Shown here: piece after piece, positions 18,232-28,170 of the stretch
How positions within the stretch are numbered: position 1 is the first letter of the stretch
Layout of the letters: the number at the start of each line of letters is the position of its first letter
Assembly (NCBI GenBank): GCA_018713685.1
Contig: DVOK01000006.1
Span: 62,545-126,544 of the forward strand
Length of the DNA stretch: 64,000 nt
Origin: Candidatus Merdousia gallistercoris
Lineage (GTDB): Bacteria > Verrucomicrobiota > Verrucomicrobiia > Opitutales > Intestinicryptomonadaceae
Reading direction: 5' to 3'
Notes under the pieces: model-generated
The model's database searches: none
What the model was told of the DNA's origin: nothing
Seen by the model: the letters and a program-made list of their open reading frames with translations, nothing else
Position numbers and translations under genes: made by a program

Positions 18232-20181
18232 ATGTTTTGCAAGGCTGTTAGAATTTTAAAATTTTTGGCGCTTGCTTGCGCCGTATCCACTTGCGTCTTT
18301 GGATCGGAAAGGCGACTTGAAGTCCGATATCCCGACGGAAAATCCGCAAAGGAGGCGGCGGTAAAGCCGCTGCGCCTGCCGGGGAATGCGGTGTCGGCAT
18401 TTTCGTCCCGATGGGACGACTCCACCCGCGCCCATCTCAAAACCGCAAAAGTATTTAAAAATAGCGGAATGAAGGCGACGTTCATGCTCACCAAAGCCGA
18501 CGAGAAATACCATGCCGACTGCTCGCGCAAATTTATTTCCGACGGTTTTGCGATAGCCTCGCACACGATAACCCACAGGCTCCTTCCGATGCTTTTGCCT
18601 AACGAGGCTTTTTACGAGATACTCGCCCAGCGCATAAAGCTTGAAAGCGCGCTCGATGTTCCGGTTGTGGCGTTCGCCCTTCCTGGGTATGTCGCGAACC
18701 ACCCGTTTTACGAGGACGCCCCCCACCTTATAGGCGATTGCATTGTGCGTTCGGGATACCAAGTTCAGGCGGCGCTTTGGAGCGACAACGATGAAAAATA
18801 TTCTCTGCCGAAGGGCTCGTTGTTATCGTCGCATTTATTTAATATAAACGATAGAAACCCCAAAGAGGATCTCTTTGTAAAGGGCGTGTCAAAAGCGCTC
18901 GCCGCCCAGGAGAAAGATTCCGTTGCGCACATGACGCTCGGAGTGCATTCGTGGCAGTCCGACGCCGGATTTAAAGAGTTGGAAAGAATACTGAAAAAAC
19001 ACAAGCGCAATGATTTCTGGTACTGTACCCAGAACGAATACGCGGCGTACACGAGAAAATTTGAAAACGTTAAAATATCCCCCGCGGTAGTGAGGGGGAA
19101 CCGCGCATACTTTAAGATTTCTTGCGAGGATTCGAGGCATTTGGGGAGCGACGTTCCCCTCCAGATTGAGATATCGGGCTCGCCGGAGCGCGTATTGCTC
19201 GACGGAGAGGAAGTGTCCCCTGTAAGCGGAGGCGTTTACGAGCTTCCGGAGGATCCCGCGACTGCCTCTCCGAAAAAAATCGACTTGGTTGACAATGCCG
19301 AAAATTCAAGAGACTTTTCCGGCTCTTCAAAGAAATTTGCCGGAATAGGAGGAAGGCTTTTTATAGATACCCGCGCAAGTACGGTTCAGCTCTCGATAAA
19401 AAACGGCTCAAAATCCGTACTCGAAAATTGCGAGGCAACATTTAGGCTTCCGCCTTATTTTAAAGACGGCGTTGCGCGTTTTAAATTCCCCAAAATAAAC
19501 CGCGGCGAAACCAAAAACATAAACTTTAAACTTCCCAAATCTTCCGGATATGCAGAGAGCGAATTGGGCAATTTTTATTTTGCGGCGCAATTTGACTTTT
19601 CAAGTGGCTCCGACGCTGGAAGAATATATTTTACGTCAACCGTGCCCGGAGGCAATGCCGACATCCCGTCTGCGCGAAACACTGCGGTATTCCTCGGCCC
19701 GGTCGAAAAGAATATGCTCTCGGACGACGTGATGGCGGGCATTTCCAACCCGTCCTCTCCGCTGAAAAACTTGGGGCAGACTCCGGATTTGAAATGGACG
19801 CCGTGTGCGAGCGACGACGGCATGAGGTCTTTTCAGATAAAACCGAATTCCGAAGATGCAAACTGGCGCAAAGCCGCCTCCAAAAAACAGTACGCAAATA
19901 CGCATGTCAGGCTTGTCGCCCTCGAATTTTCCTCCAAATCCGAGAAGCTTACATTGTTTGCGGCTTTTAAAGATATTTACTGCGTGTGGATAAACGGCGA
20001 AAAATTCGCCGCCCCGAAAAATGGAATTAAAGCGGAATTTGAAGGCAAAAACGGGAAAAACAGGGTGGTTATTGCCTACAAACAGGAATTTTGGGCGACT
20101 GTAATGGATTCTGTCACAATATCAGCCGATGCAGATCCCTTCAAACCTGTAAAATTTTCCAAGCCAAAAATAGGCGACTAA
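18232..20181 (+). CDS. secreted polysaccharide deacetylase (CE4/NodB-like) with a large C-terminal beta-rich region
   Basis: Signal peptide 'MFCKAVRILKFLALACAVSTCVFG' starts at the ATG at 18232 (the track ORF starts at a TTG at 18202). NodB-like motifs are 'RWDDS' and 'ASHTITH'. Confidence 0.6.
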   Translation: MFCKAVRILKFLALACAVSTCVFGSERRLEVRYPDGKSAKEAAVKPLRLPGNAVSAFSSRWDDSTRAHLKTAKVFKNSGMKATFMLTKADEKYHADCSRKFISDGFAIASHTITHRLLPMLLPNEAFYEILAQRIKLESALDVPVVAFALPGYVANHPFYEDAPHLIGDCIVRSGYQVQAALWSDNDEKYSLPKGSLLSSHLFNINDRNPKEDLFVKGVSKALAAQEKDSVAHMTLGVHSWQSDAGFKELERILKKHKRNDFWYCTQNEYAAYTRKFENVKISPAVVRGNRAYFKISCEDSRHLGSDVPLQIEISGSPERVLLDGEEVSPVSGGVYELPEDPATASPKKIDLVDNAENSRDFSGSSKKFAGIGGRLFIDTRASTVQLSIKNGSKSVLENCEATFRLPPYFKDGVARFKFPKINRGETKNINFKLPKSSGYAESELGNFYFAAQFDFSSGSDAGRIYFTSTVPGGNADIPSARNTAVFLGPVEKNMLSDDVMAGISNPSSPLKNLGQTPDLKWTPCASDDGMRSFQIKPNSEDANWRKAASKKQYANTHVRLVALEFSSKSEKLTLFAAFKDIYCVWINGEKFAAPKNGIKAEFEGKNGKNRVVIAYKQEFWATVMDSVTISADADPFKPVKFSKPKIGD

Positions 20182-20291
20182 CGCCAATCGTGATTGCTTT
20201 TTTATCTGCGCGCCAAAAACGTTTTCTATATGCCATTACTCGGCATATGCGAAATTGATTTTGAGCGGAAATTGATTTTGTCGGCCGCAAG

Positions 20292-20939
20292 TTAAAGCTT
20301 TTGAATGTCGCGCTCCTTGAAGTGCACTATACTTTTGCCTTCAAAGCGCGGGTCGCCGAAAAACGCTTTGAGGTCCATGCGCGCGTCCGGCAGAATTTTC
20401 TTTTTTAAAAGTTCCTCTTCCAATTCTCCGCCCTTAAAATAAATCACTCCGTTTTCGAGTGAGCCGTTTTTCCCGCGGCGGATTTTATTCCTTACAAATT
20501 TAAAAAACATCGGCAGCGCGCAAACCGATCTTCCGGTGCAGTAGTCAAAGCTGTCCTTTTGCTCTTCAATTCTTGCGTGCAGGCCTATGGCGTTTTTAAG
20601 CGACAATTTTTGCGCCATATCGTTTACCATTGCGATTTTCTTGCCGACGCCGTCAAACATGAAAATTTTTGCCTGCGGATAGAGTATCGCCATGACTATG
20701 CCCGGAAGCCCGCCTCCGCTGCCGACGTCTGCGATTTTCGCGCCGTCTGCCGGCTTGAAAAATTCCGAGATTGCCGCGCAAAAGGCGACATGCCTATACT
20801 CGACATCGTCCATATCCTTTCGCGAAAGCAGGTTTACTTTTTGGTTCGCCTCCCTCAGAAGCTCTGAAAAAGCAAGCAAAGCCTCGACCTTTTCGGGGTC
20901 GAGGTTCGGCAATTTTTCAAATGGATTTTTATTCTGCAT
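20292..20939 (-). CDS. rsmG: 16S rRNA (guanine527-N7)-methyltransferase
   Basis: 215 aa with SAM motif 'IADVGSGGGLPGIVMAI'. Overall GidB-like layout. Confidence 0.85.
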   Translation of the reverse strand: MQNKNPFEKLPNLDPEKVEALLAFSELLREANQKVNLLSRKDMDDVEYRHVAFCAAISEFFKPADGAKIADVGSGGGLPGIVMAILYPQAKIFMFDGVGKKIAMVNDMAQKLSLKNAIGLHARIEEQKDSFDYCTGRSVCALPMFFKFVRNKIRRGKNGSLENGVIYFKGGELEEELLKKKILPDARMDLKAFFGDPRFEGKSIVHFKERDIQKL

Positions 20940-20968
20940 AGCTTGGCGGATTTTAGTCGCCCCGAAAT

Positions 20969-21385
20969 TTAGAATACTTCGTCTTCCGAGAAAAATCTCG
21001 CGATTTCCGCCGCCGCGCTCTCAATGGAGTCCGAGGCATGGGCTATATTTTCGCGCGTATTTTCACCGAAGTCGCCGCGTATGGTTCCCTTTGGGGCTTC
21101 CTGCGAGTTTGTCGGGCCGAGCAATTCGCGGACTTTCTTTACAGCGTTTTCCCCTTCAAGAACCGCTATCACCACGGGGCGCCTTTGCATAAATTCCACG
21201 AGCGGCGGATAGTAGGGTTTGCCGACTATATGCGCATAGTGGGACTCAAGCGTCTGCTCTTTTAGCTTTGCCATTTTGCATGCCACAATATCCATGCCTG
21301 CGGCGAAGAATCTGCCGAGCACTTCGGGCATGAGGCGTTTTTCCATACAGTCGGGCTTTAATATAATAAGAGTTCTTTCTTTCAT
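20969..21385 (-). CDS. ndk: nucleoside-diphosphate kinase
   Basis: 'ERTLIILKPDCMEKRL' and the active-site His region 'NIAHASDS'. Confidence 0.9.
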   Translation of the reverse strand: MKERTLIILKPDCMEKRLMPEVLGRFFAAGMDIVACKMAKLKEQTLESHYAHIVGKPYYPPLVEFMQRRPVVIAVLEGENAVKKVRELLGPTNSQEAPKGTIRGDFGENTRENIAHASDSIESAAAEIARFFSEDEVF

Positions 21386-21449
21386 TGTTCACATAATGAA
21401 CAAAAGCCTCCCGTGCTGTCCAACACAAAATGCACGTCTTGCAGATAGG

Positions 21450-23813
21450 CTATTTTTTTTGCCGCAATAAGAGAGCTCCTTTCCCGGGAATGTAGATTTC
21501 CTCGCCGCCGCGCACAGTCTTGCCCGACACTACATCGACGTATTCGCCCTTCAAAGGAAGTTTGAACCTTGCAGGTTCGCTTGGAAATATTGCGCAAAAG
21601 CGGCTATCCGCGTAAACCGCGCAGTTTGCGGGCGCGGGGCTTTCGACTCCCGCTGCGTCGAAAATGCGCCTGTAAGATTGCGAATCCAGAAGCGGAAGCG
21701 AGACAAAGTAGCTTGTAAATTTTCCGTGCCTGGTTTTTGCCAATGCCGCAGTGGAATCGGCGTATTTTGCGATGGTCTCAAAACCCTCCCCGCCGCCCAC
21801 GGCTCCAAAAAGCGGATATGGTTTTTCTGGATATTTGTTGTCGAATTTTTTTGAGAAGTCGGCCTTTATTGTTCCCTTTGACGGGTCGGAGAATACTGCC
21901 GTTTCAGTATCGCTTATAGGGCGCTCGGCGAGCTTGAATCCGGTTATGGATTCCGACCTCGCGGGGTCGTACGAATCTGACCAGACGGCGGGCGCGTAGT
22001 GCCATACGAGAGATGTATTCGGACTCATTTTGCTGGAAATCTCTGCCCAGTCTGAGTCGGTCACCCGAAAGCAATTTATAAACAGCACTGCCTTATATCC
22101 CGACAAGTCGATACTTTTTAAATCCGAGAGCCTGTAATGGTCGGCGTGGGCGCCCGCCATGCGGATTCTTGCGATTGTATCGACAACCAAGTCTCGGTGC
22201 AGCCTTAGGCTTGGCTTCGCGCAATGGAAGCTTTCGGTGTCGGTCACTATCAAAACTTGCGCGGTGGGCTCTCTCTTTTCGGCGCGCATATCTTTTGCGG
22301 CGGCCTCTATTTTTTTGATTTCGTCCATCACTTCTTTTGAATCGAACCAGCCGCCGTGCAAGTCCATCCACCAGAACCCGGAGGCGGACTGCATACATTT
22401 TGAAAATTCGCGCCAGAGCATCGTCCGCGTGCCGCCCATATCTTTCGCATCCGGCCAGCATGAAAGGTGCGTGCGCACGTCGAGCTCGTCTATGAATATT
22501 TTTTTGCGGTTTATCGACATTGAGGGTGTTTGCTCCATGCCTGGGCCTCCCGGCTTCACGTTTCTATACCCCTTCGGCGAGGCGAGGAAATCGACATGCG
22601 GGCTGTCGAGAAGCTTGTCGAATTCAAGGTGTCCGTTGTAGGCTGCGCGCGGAACAAACAGGTAGTACCCGTAGAACGCGCCGGCGGCTTTGCCGCTTTC
22701 CTCCTTTACAATTTTTGAAAAATATTCAATGGCGCGCGCGTTCATTTCTCCGCAGAACTTTTCGTAATCGATTGACGGTACGTTGTCCGGGGCGGCGCGG
22801 AAGAAGTCGGCGTGGCTGCTCCAATGGAGCTCGCGCTTCATCGGGGTGGGGAGCTTTACGTTGTCGCGCGATATGTCGGGCTGTCCCCATGCTTTAGCGA
22901 GCGCCTCGCGCGAGCCGTATTTCTTAATTCCCCAGTCGTAGAATGCGCGGAGGTTGTTTATGCCGTAGTCTCCAAAGCGGTAGTCGTTTTTCTCCCAGCC
23001 GCGCCAGAAAGAGGTCTCTCCACACTGCCCGTATGCGATGTGGTAGGCTATTACATTTTTGCCGTATTTCCCGTTTTCTATGTGGCGGATTAGCCTTCTA
23101 AGGGCTTCGCCCGCGTCGTGCAGCCATTTTTCGGAAGAGAAGCTTTGCATTCCGATAAGCCCGCGCACATTGGGGCGGGGGTCGGGTTTCCCGCGCACTT
23201 TTTTGTCTGTCGTATAGCCATTCTGAAGCTCCATCCCGAACCAGTCGTGGGCGGGAGTGCATGCGAGTTCAGAGATTTCCTCCTTTGAAAGCCCGCCTGG
23301 ATAATAGACCGTCGTGTCCTCAGGATTTTCGGCGCACCAAGAGGGCGGGGGATCGAGCTTTATGCGCGGTATGTACATGGAGTCTTTCCCGACAGACGCA
23401 AAGAGGTCGTCGAGCGCCTTGTCGGTTGCTCGGTAGTCGTATTTCCCGGACGCAATCCAGCCAGAAAACAGGATTGTAGAATGGATTTTTATTCCGGCCC
23501 TGTCGAAATCTCCGTGAAATTTCTTTTCGGGGGAGTCGTCGGAAAGCATCATTCTCGCATTTCCGTTTTCGTCGAGAACCGGGGGGTTGTAGGGCCAGCC
23601 TAGCCTGCTCCAAAACACGGAATTGTTTAAAAGTATATTTTTTATTTTTGCGGTAGTAGCGCTTTCCGCGGCGGGCTGCGTTTGGACTTCGGCGGGCGGG
23701 CGCAATCTGTTTGCGCGCGTTTTCTCGGCGCCCTGCGGCGCTTTATTTCCGCCGCAAGAGGCCGCAAAAAACGGTAGCGGCAACAATAGCAAGAGATAAA
23801 AATATTTTTTCAT
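21450..23813 (-). CDS. glycoside-hydrolase-like lipoprotein (GH42-like TIM-barrel plus GATase-like middle domain, tentative)
   Basis: I chose the start at 23813 ('MKKYFYLLLLLPLPFFAASCGG', lipobox AASC) rather than the track start at 24044, which would overlap the upstream gene. The GH42 resemblance is by eye only. Confidence 0.5.
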   Translation of the reverse strand: MKKYFYLLLLLPLPFFAASCGGNKAPQGAEKTRANRLRPPAEVQTQPAAESATTAKIKNILLNNSVFWSRLGWPYNPPVLDENGNARMMLSDDSPEKKFHGDFDRAGIKIHSTILFSGWIASGKYDYRATDKALDDLFASVGKDSMYIPRIKLDPPPSWCAENPEDTTVYYPGGLSKEEISELACTPAHDWFGMELQNGYTTDKKVRGKPDPRPNVRGLIGMQSFSSEKWLHDAGEALRRLIRHIENGKYGKNVIAYHIAYGQCGETSFWRGWEKNDYRFGDYGINNLRAFYDWGIKKYGSREALAKAWGQPDISRDNVKLPTPMKRELHWSSHADFFRAAPDNVPSIDYEKFCGEMNARAIEYFSKIVKEESGKAAGAFYGYYLFVPRAAYNGHLEFDKLLDSPHVDFLASPKGYRNVKPGGPGMEQTPSMSINRKKIFIDELDVRTHLSCWPDAKDMGGTRTMLWREFSKCMQSASGFWWMDLHGGWFDSKEVMDEIKKIEAAAKDMRAEKREPTAQVLIVTDTESFHCAKPSLRLHRDLVVDTIARIRMAGAHADHYRLSDLKSIDLSGYKAVLFINCFRVTDSDWAEISSKMSPNTSLVWHYAPAVWSDSYDPARSESITGFKLAERPISDTETAVFSDPSKGTIKADFSKKFDNKYPEKPYPLFGAVGGGEGFETIAKYADSTAALAKTRHGKFTSYFVSLPLLDSQSYRRIFDAAGVESPAPANCAVYADSRFCAIFPSEPARFKLPLKGEYVDVVSGKTVRGGEEIYIPGKGALLLRQKK

Positions 23814-23832
23814 AGTAGTTTTGAAAATTATT

Positions 23833-25176
23833 TCAGCTTTTTGACGGAAGGGGCGGGAGTATCGCGTTGTGCTTTTCAAGTGTATTGCGGATTTTGTGAA
23901 TATCGGTATTTCCGATAGGCGCGTTTTCGAGAATCGATATTGCAGCAGCCGCCGCGGCAGCTTGGCCCATTGCCATGCAGGACGCCTGTACCCTGAGCGC
24001 CGAGTTCGCGAGCCTGTCGCTTCCAACATGCCTGCCAGCCGCAATCAAAAACTTGGAGTTTTTAGGCAGCATCGCCCTTAGCGGAATGCTTGGAACAACG
24101 CCTTCTTTGAGCATTTTTGGCCTTACCCCTTTTGAATCGTGCAAGTCAATCGGATAAAAAGAGTGGCAGAGGGCGTCAGGATATTTTTCGCCGCCGGCGT
24201 ATTCATCGACAGTAATGTTGTGTTCGGCGTCTATCCTGTATGTTTCCCTTATACCTGCCTCGGTTTTAACGTAGGAAATTTTTATGCGCTCAAGTCCTTT
24301 TTGCCTTTTTAGAAAGCGGAAAAGCCTTAAAAATGTCTCGCGCCCCCTAATGTTTGAGTCGGTTTGGACGAATGCGTCGGAAGAGTCGGCGCCGACGAGG
24401 TGTTGGGCGCCTTTCCCGCCGCCTGCGATGAGCCCGTTGATGTTTATCCAAAGCTCGTGCGGGTGTAGTTCTCCGCTTTTCAGGGCTTCGGCGTATGCCG
24501 CGCTTAGGGCGGCCTTGTCTATTTTTTCGGGGTTGTAGTTCGAAAATTTGAAATCGAGCGTTCCGGGCTGAATTCCAGAGCCTTTGATGCGCCTGTATCC
24601 CGCCATTGCGACAAACGCGGCGTTGCCGGTGCAGTCTATTACGCGGCTCGCGAATACTTTTTTTTCAATTGATTTTCCGGCTATTTCAACCTCGAAGCCG
24701 TCGGAAGTTTCTTTTGCGGATTTGGGGAAGCTGTAATAAAGCAAATGGACGCCGCTTTTTAGGGCGCTTTCCTCGGCGAGGCATGCGTACAGGTATTCGT
24801 TGACTCTAACTTGCAGGCAGTCGTGGGATTTTTTGTAGTCCGAAAAGTCCGGCATTTTGTCACCGTGCTCGCTGACGCATTTTTCGACGAGCTCCCAGCC
24901 GATTCCCGCAACAATTTGCTTACCCCATGCGTGGAAAAGCCCCGGGTAATTTACTCCGGCGGTTGTCATTGTTCCGCCGAGCTGTGGGGAGCTTTCGACA
25001 AGTAGGGTTTTTGCGCCCGCGCGCGCAGATTGTATTGCTGCAACACAGCCTGAAACGCCGCCGCCTACGACAAGCACGTCGTATTTTTCAAGACCCTCTT
25101 TTGGGGCGGGGGCGACACTAGCCATTGCGGCGGGGCATATTGCCATAATTGAACCTACAAATGTGCGCCTTTTCAT
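23833..25176 (-). CDS. Tat-signal FAD-dependent oxidoreductase
   Basis: I chose the start at 25176 ('MKRRTFVGSIMAICPAAMASVAP', twin-arginine). The dinucleotide motif is 'DVLVVGGGVSGCVAAIQSARAG...LGG'. Confidence 0.7.
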   Translation of the reverse strand: MKRRTFVGSIMAICPAAMASVAPAPKEGLEKYDVLVVGGGVSGCVAAIQSARAGAKTLLVESSPQLGGTMTTAGVNYPGLFHAWGKQIVAGIGWELVEKCVSEHGDKMPDFSDYKKSHDCLQVRVNEYLYACLAEESALKSGVHLLYYSFPKSAKETSDGFEVEIAGKSIEKKVFASRVIDCTGNAAFVAMAGYRRIKGSGIQPGTLDFKFSNYNPEKIDKAALSAAYAEALKSGELHPHELWININGLIAGGGKGAQHLVGADSSDAFVQTDSNIRGRETFLRLFRFLKRQKGLERIKISYVKTEAGIRETYRIDAEHNITVDEYAGGEKYPDALCHSFYPIDLHDSKGVRPKMLKEGVVPSIPLRAMLPKNSKFLIAAGRHVGSDRLANSALRVQASCMAMGQAAAAAAAISILENAPIGNTDIHKIRNTLEKHNAILPPLPSKS

Positions 25177-25484
25177 ATAAGAAAAATAACCGCCGATATT
25201 TACGCCCGCAAGAAAAATCCTATTGCAATTCCTTAATTTAGGGCGCGCTGTTGACCGATTGGCGGGCATTTTGTTATTTTCTATTGATTGCGGTGAGGGC
25301 GAAAATGCCGTTGAAAGTTGGATAATTTTTTCGTAAAAATTTTTCTCGAAGTTTGAAACGCCCGTATCTATTTTTTTATAAAATTGCGATGACGCCATAG
25401 TGATAATTTATTTTTCCGCTAATTGCCGCAATTTTAAATAAATGTGTTGATTATTTCCGCCTTAACTCGAAAATCTAAGGCAAG

Positions 25485-25826
25485 ATGAAAAACAGAAAAG
25501 GATTTTCCGTAATAGAATTTTTGCTTGTCGTTTTAATACTCGGTTTGCTGGCGGCCGTATTTGTGCCCGCTACGGCCGTGATGGCCGAAAAGCACCGCGT
25601 CGTTGCGGTGGAGTCAAACCTCGACGCCATAGCGGAGGCCGGTAAAAAATATATTTCCGACAAATCCGCAAATTCCGTGGATTACAAAACGCTCGTCTCG
25701 GAAAAATATTTGGAGCCCGTCCAGCCCGTGGCTGGCGAGAGCTACGACGGAATAAAAATAGAATCGGGCGGCGGAAAAATAGATGTAGTGACTGCAAAGG
25801 GCTCGGAAGTCACAAAGGTTTACTAA
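25485..25826 (+). CDS. prepilin-type N-terminal cleavage/methylation domain protein (pseudopilin-like)
   Basis: 'MKNRKGFSVIEFLLVVLILGLLAAVFVP' is a class III signal peptide (G|F..E) followed by a hydrophobic helix. Confidence 0.75.
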   Translation: MKNRKGFSVIEFLLVVLILGLLAAVFVPATAVMAEKHRVVAVESNLDAIAEAGKKYISDKSANSVDYKTLVSEKYLEPVQPVAGESYDGIKIESGGGKIDVVTAKGSEVTKVY

Positions 25827-25982
25827 GTTTTTAGGGTATTTAAGACGCGCTGCATTTTTTATGGCGGCGCTTTTTTTGCGCCGTAGTTTTATATCGCGCC
25901 CATTTTTATCTCAAACAATGCTACCGCAATATATGGGTTATTGTAGTTGACGCATTTTGCGCAGAGCATATAAATTACAAAC

Positions 25983-27098
25983 ATGAAAAGGCGAACTTTT
26001 ATAAGAATGGCTGCGTGCACATCTGTTGCCGCCGCGGCGACAGCATGCAACACAATTTCCACACGTTCCGATTTAAATAGAGTACCGGGGTGTTCCAAGC
26101 CTTCCGGAGGCGGCGACGCCCGAATCCGCGGAGCTTTTCCGATACTGTCCACGCCATATAAGGAATCAGGAGAGGTCGATTTTCAAACGCTCGCAGAGGA
26201 GGCTAAATTTGTCGACAAATGCGGCTGCGACGGCGCAATATGGCCGCAATCAGGCGATAGCTGCGACTTGCTTACCCTCGACGAAAAGCTTTCGGGAATG
26301 GAGGCGATGGCAAAGGCTCTTGAAAATTCGCGGATCGTGGCGACGTTCGGCTGCCAGGGGCGCGACTTCAACGAGGCGAAAGAGTGCGCCAAAAAAGTGA
26401 AAGAGCTTTCATCGAAGTACCGCATAAACGCGGCTATAATCTCGCGCCCGCCCGACAACGGCAAAACCGAAGAAGATCTTGAAAAATATTATATAGGGCT
26501 TTCGGAAACTGTCGATTGCCCGATTATAATTCAGACAGGCGGCGGGGTTTTGTATAAGGGAGTTGCTCCGTCTGTAGGGCTTTTGGAGCGCTTGGCGCGG
26601 AAAAATCCAAAGTCTTTCGGGTACATAAAGGAGGAGTCCGGCAACAGCAATTCAAGAATGGCGGAGGAGATTGCCAAAAAACCCGTGATACATACTGTTT
26701 TTAGCGCGTGGGGAAGCTACCAGTGGCTCTACCAGAGCCGCCGCATAGGCAGCGAAGGCGTAATATCGGAGCGCGTTGCGTATGCGGACGTCCTTGCAGA
26801 AATCTGGAGGCTCATGGAATTGCGGGACTCTTCCGGAAGGCTCGACGACGCATTTGCAAAATACCTTTTAATGATAAATATATCCGAGTTTGTCCCAGGC
26901 TCCCTCCGCGGCGGGCATCTATATGTGTTGCGAAAGAGGGGAGTTTTCAAAAACTTGCTGTCGCGCGAATACGACAGAAAAAACGGCAAGGACACAATTC
27001 CGGACAAGCCCATTCTGCGGGAATTGAAGCTCTCGCAGGCGCAGATAGACGAAATAGAAACGCGCTTTGCAAATCTTTCGCCGTATTTGCGAGTGTAG
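25983..27098 (+). CDS. Tat-signal dihydrodipicolinate synthase/N-acetylneuraminate lyase family aldolase
   Basis: 'MKRRTFIRMAACTSVAAAATA' is a twin-arginine leader. The DapA-like core reads 'FPILSTPYKESGEVDFQTL...GCDGAIWPQSGDS', with a candidate Schiff-base Lys in 'GYIKEESGN'. Confidence 0.65.
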   Translation: MKRRTFIRMAACTSVAAAATACNTISTRSDLNRVPGCSKPSGGGDARIRGAFPILSTPYKESGEVDFQTLAEEAKFVDKCGCDGAIWPQSGDSCDLLTLDEKLSGMEAMAKALENSRIVATFGCQGRDFNEAKECAKKVKELSSKYRINAAIISRPPDNGKTEEDLEKYYIGLSETVDCPIIIQTGGGVLYKGVAPSVGLLERLARKNPKSFGYIKEESGNSNSRMAEEIAKKPVIHTVFSAWGSYQWLYQSRRIGSEGVISERVAYADVLAEIWRLMELRDSSGRLDDAFAKYLLMINISEFVPGSLRGGHLYVLRKRGVFKNLLSREYDRKNGKDTIPDKPILRELKLSQAQIDEIETRFANLSPYLRV

Positions 27099-27125
27099 TC
27101 GTATTGCTTTTAAAAAATAAAGAAG

Positions 27126-27148
27126 TCTCCCGTCAGGGAGATTTTTTT
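27126..27148 (+). terminator. rho-independent terminator after the DapA-family gene
   Basis: Stem TCTCCC, loop GTCA, stem GGGAGA, followed by a T7 run. Confidence 0.6.
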
Positions 27149-27317
27149 ACGCACTTTTTAATGGGAGCTTTGCTCTTCATTGGCTCGGCTTGCGCTTTAA
27201 AATTGTAAAAAACTTTCGCTATTCAAAGTTTTTTACGATGCGATTTTATTTGCCGCGCGGAAAAGCGGGCGACGCAAAGAGACTTTCAATAATCTGAGAG
27301 TTGAAAGGACATGCGCG

Positions 27318-28127
27318 CTATGCCTTCAAATATTTTTCGGGAATTTCTATCCGGTATTTTTTTGCGAAAAAAACGAGGTCTTCCGCGAGAGGCGCACGCA
27401 ATTTTAGCTCCGGGACGGACGTGCCGAAATCCATCTCAAATGCGTGCAAAGCCTGCCGCTTAATCGGCAAAATTTTCGACATCTCCTCCGTAAAGCCCTT
27501 TTCTGCGAAATCGAGATAAAGGGTTTCGTCGGGGCCGTATAGTTTGTCTCCCGCAACGCTGTGCCCGAGCCATTGCGCGTGGGCGCGTATCTGGTGTTTC
27601 CTTCCCGTCAAAAGCTCCACTTCGCAGAGGGTGAAATCGCCATCGGGGCTGTTGGAATGTGAAATTGGGCGGAATATTGTGCACGCGCTTTTTGCGGAGG
27701 GCTTTTGCATCGCGCAACACGTCTTTATCGCTACTATCGAATGTTTGTCGTCGGCCAGTGGTTGCGAGACGGTCGCTGTTGCGTCCAAAAATCCTTCGAG
27801 AAATGCGAGGTACTTTTTCTTTACAGCCCCTTTTTCAGATACTGCCTTTTGCGCTTTGGAGGCGCTTTCGTGGTTTTTTGCCACGACGACAACCCCGCTC
27901 GTCTCCCTGTCGAGGCGGCTTACGGGGTGCAGGACTTCGGCGTTCAGATAGACTCTCGCCGCGCCTACGAGGCTTGAGAGCGGCCCGTTTTTTGAAGGGT
28001 GGCACACGAGCCACCCCGGCTTGTCGAGCGCGAGGTAATTCGAGTCTTCATAGATTATCCATTTGGGAAACTCGTCCATATCGACAAGGCCAGCGCTCTC
28101 TCCGAATCTTTCAGGATTTTCACTCAT
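27318..28127 (-). CDS. RluA-family pseudouridine synthase
   Basis: 'LHPVSRLDRETSGVVVVAK' carries the catalytic Asp motif. 'GRKHQIRAHAQWLGHSVAGDKLYG' is also present. Confidence 0.85.
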   Translation of the reverse strand: MSENPERFGESAGLVDMDEFPKWIIYEDSNYLALDKPGWLVCHPSKNGPLSSLVGAARVYLNAEVLHPVSRLDRETSGVVVVAKNHESASKAQKAVSEKGAVKKKYLAFLEGFLDATATVSQPLADDKHSIVAIKTCCAMQKPSAKSACTIFRPISHSNSPDGDFTLCEVELLTGRKHQIRAHAQWLGHSVAGDKLYGPDETLYLDFAEKGFTEEMSKILPIKRQALHAFEMDFGTSVPELKLRAPLAEDLVFFAKKYRIEIPEKYLKA

Positions 28128-28170
28128 TTTTTTCTTTCTACGCCGCTTCTATTTTAATGCGATAAAATTT

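Noticed and set aside
17880-18566. 228-aa minus-strand ORF spanning the yjdF-like 3' end, the intergenic spacer and the deacetylase 5' end
   Set aside because: It overlaps two plus-strand genes that have membrane or signal-peptide logic. It has no start context or motif.
20250-20282. Short tandem repeat GAAATTGATTTTG x2 downstream of the deacetylase gene
   Set aside because: There are only two copies of 13 nt in an intergenic spacer. No further copies were seen in the window, so it is likely incidental.
23814-24044. Long N-terminal extensions in the ORF track (21450-24044, and likewise 23833-25398, 41644-43401, 47286-48194, 48080-49732, 12238-13647, 38518-40362 and 62318-63784)
   Set aside because: The extensions overlap the upstream gene or add non-homologous residues. 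Internal ATGs give canonical N-termini (lipobox, Tat signal, PpiD anchor, 'MKYIFITGG', and so on) and tight or overlapping gene junctions, so I used the internal starts.
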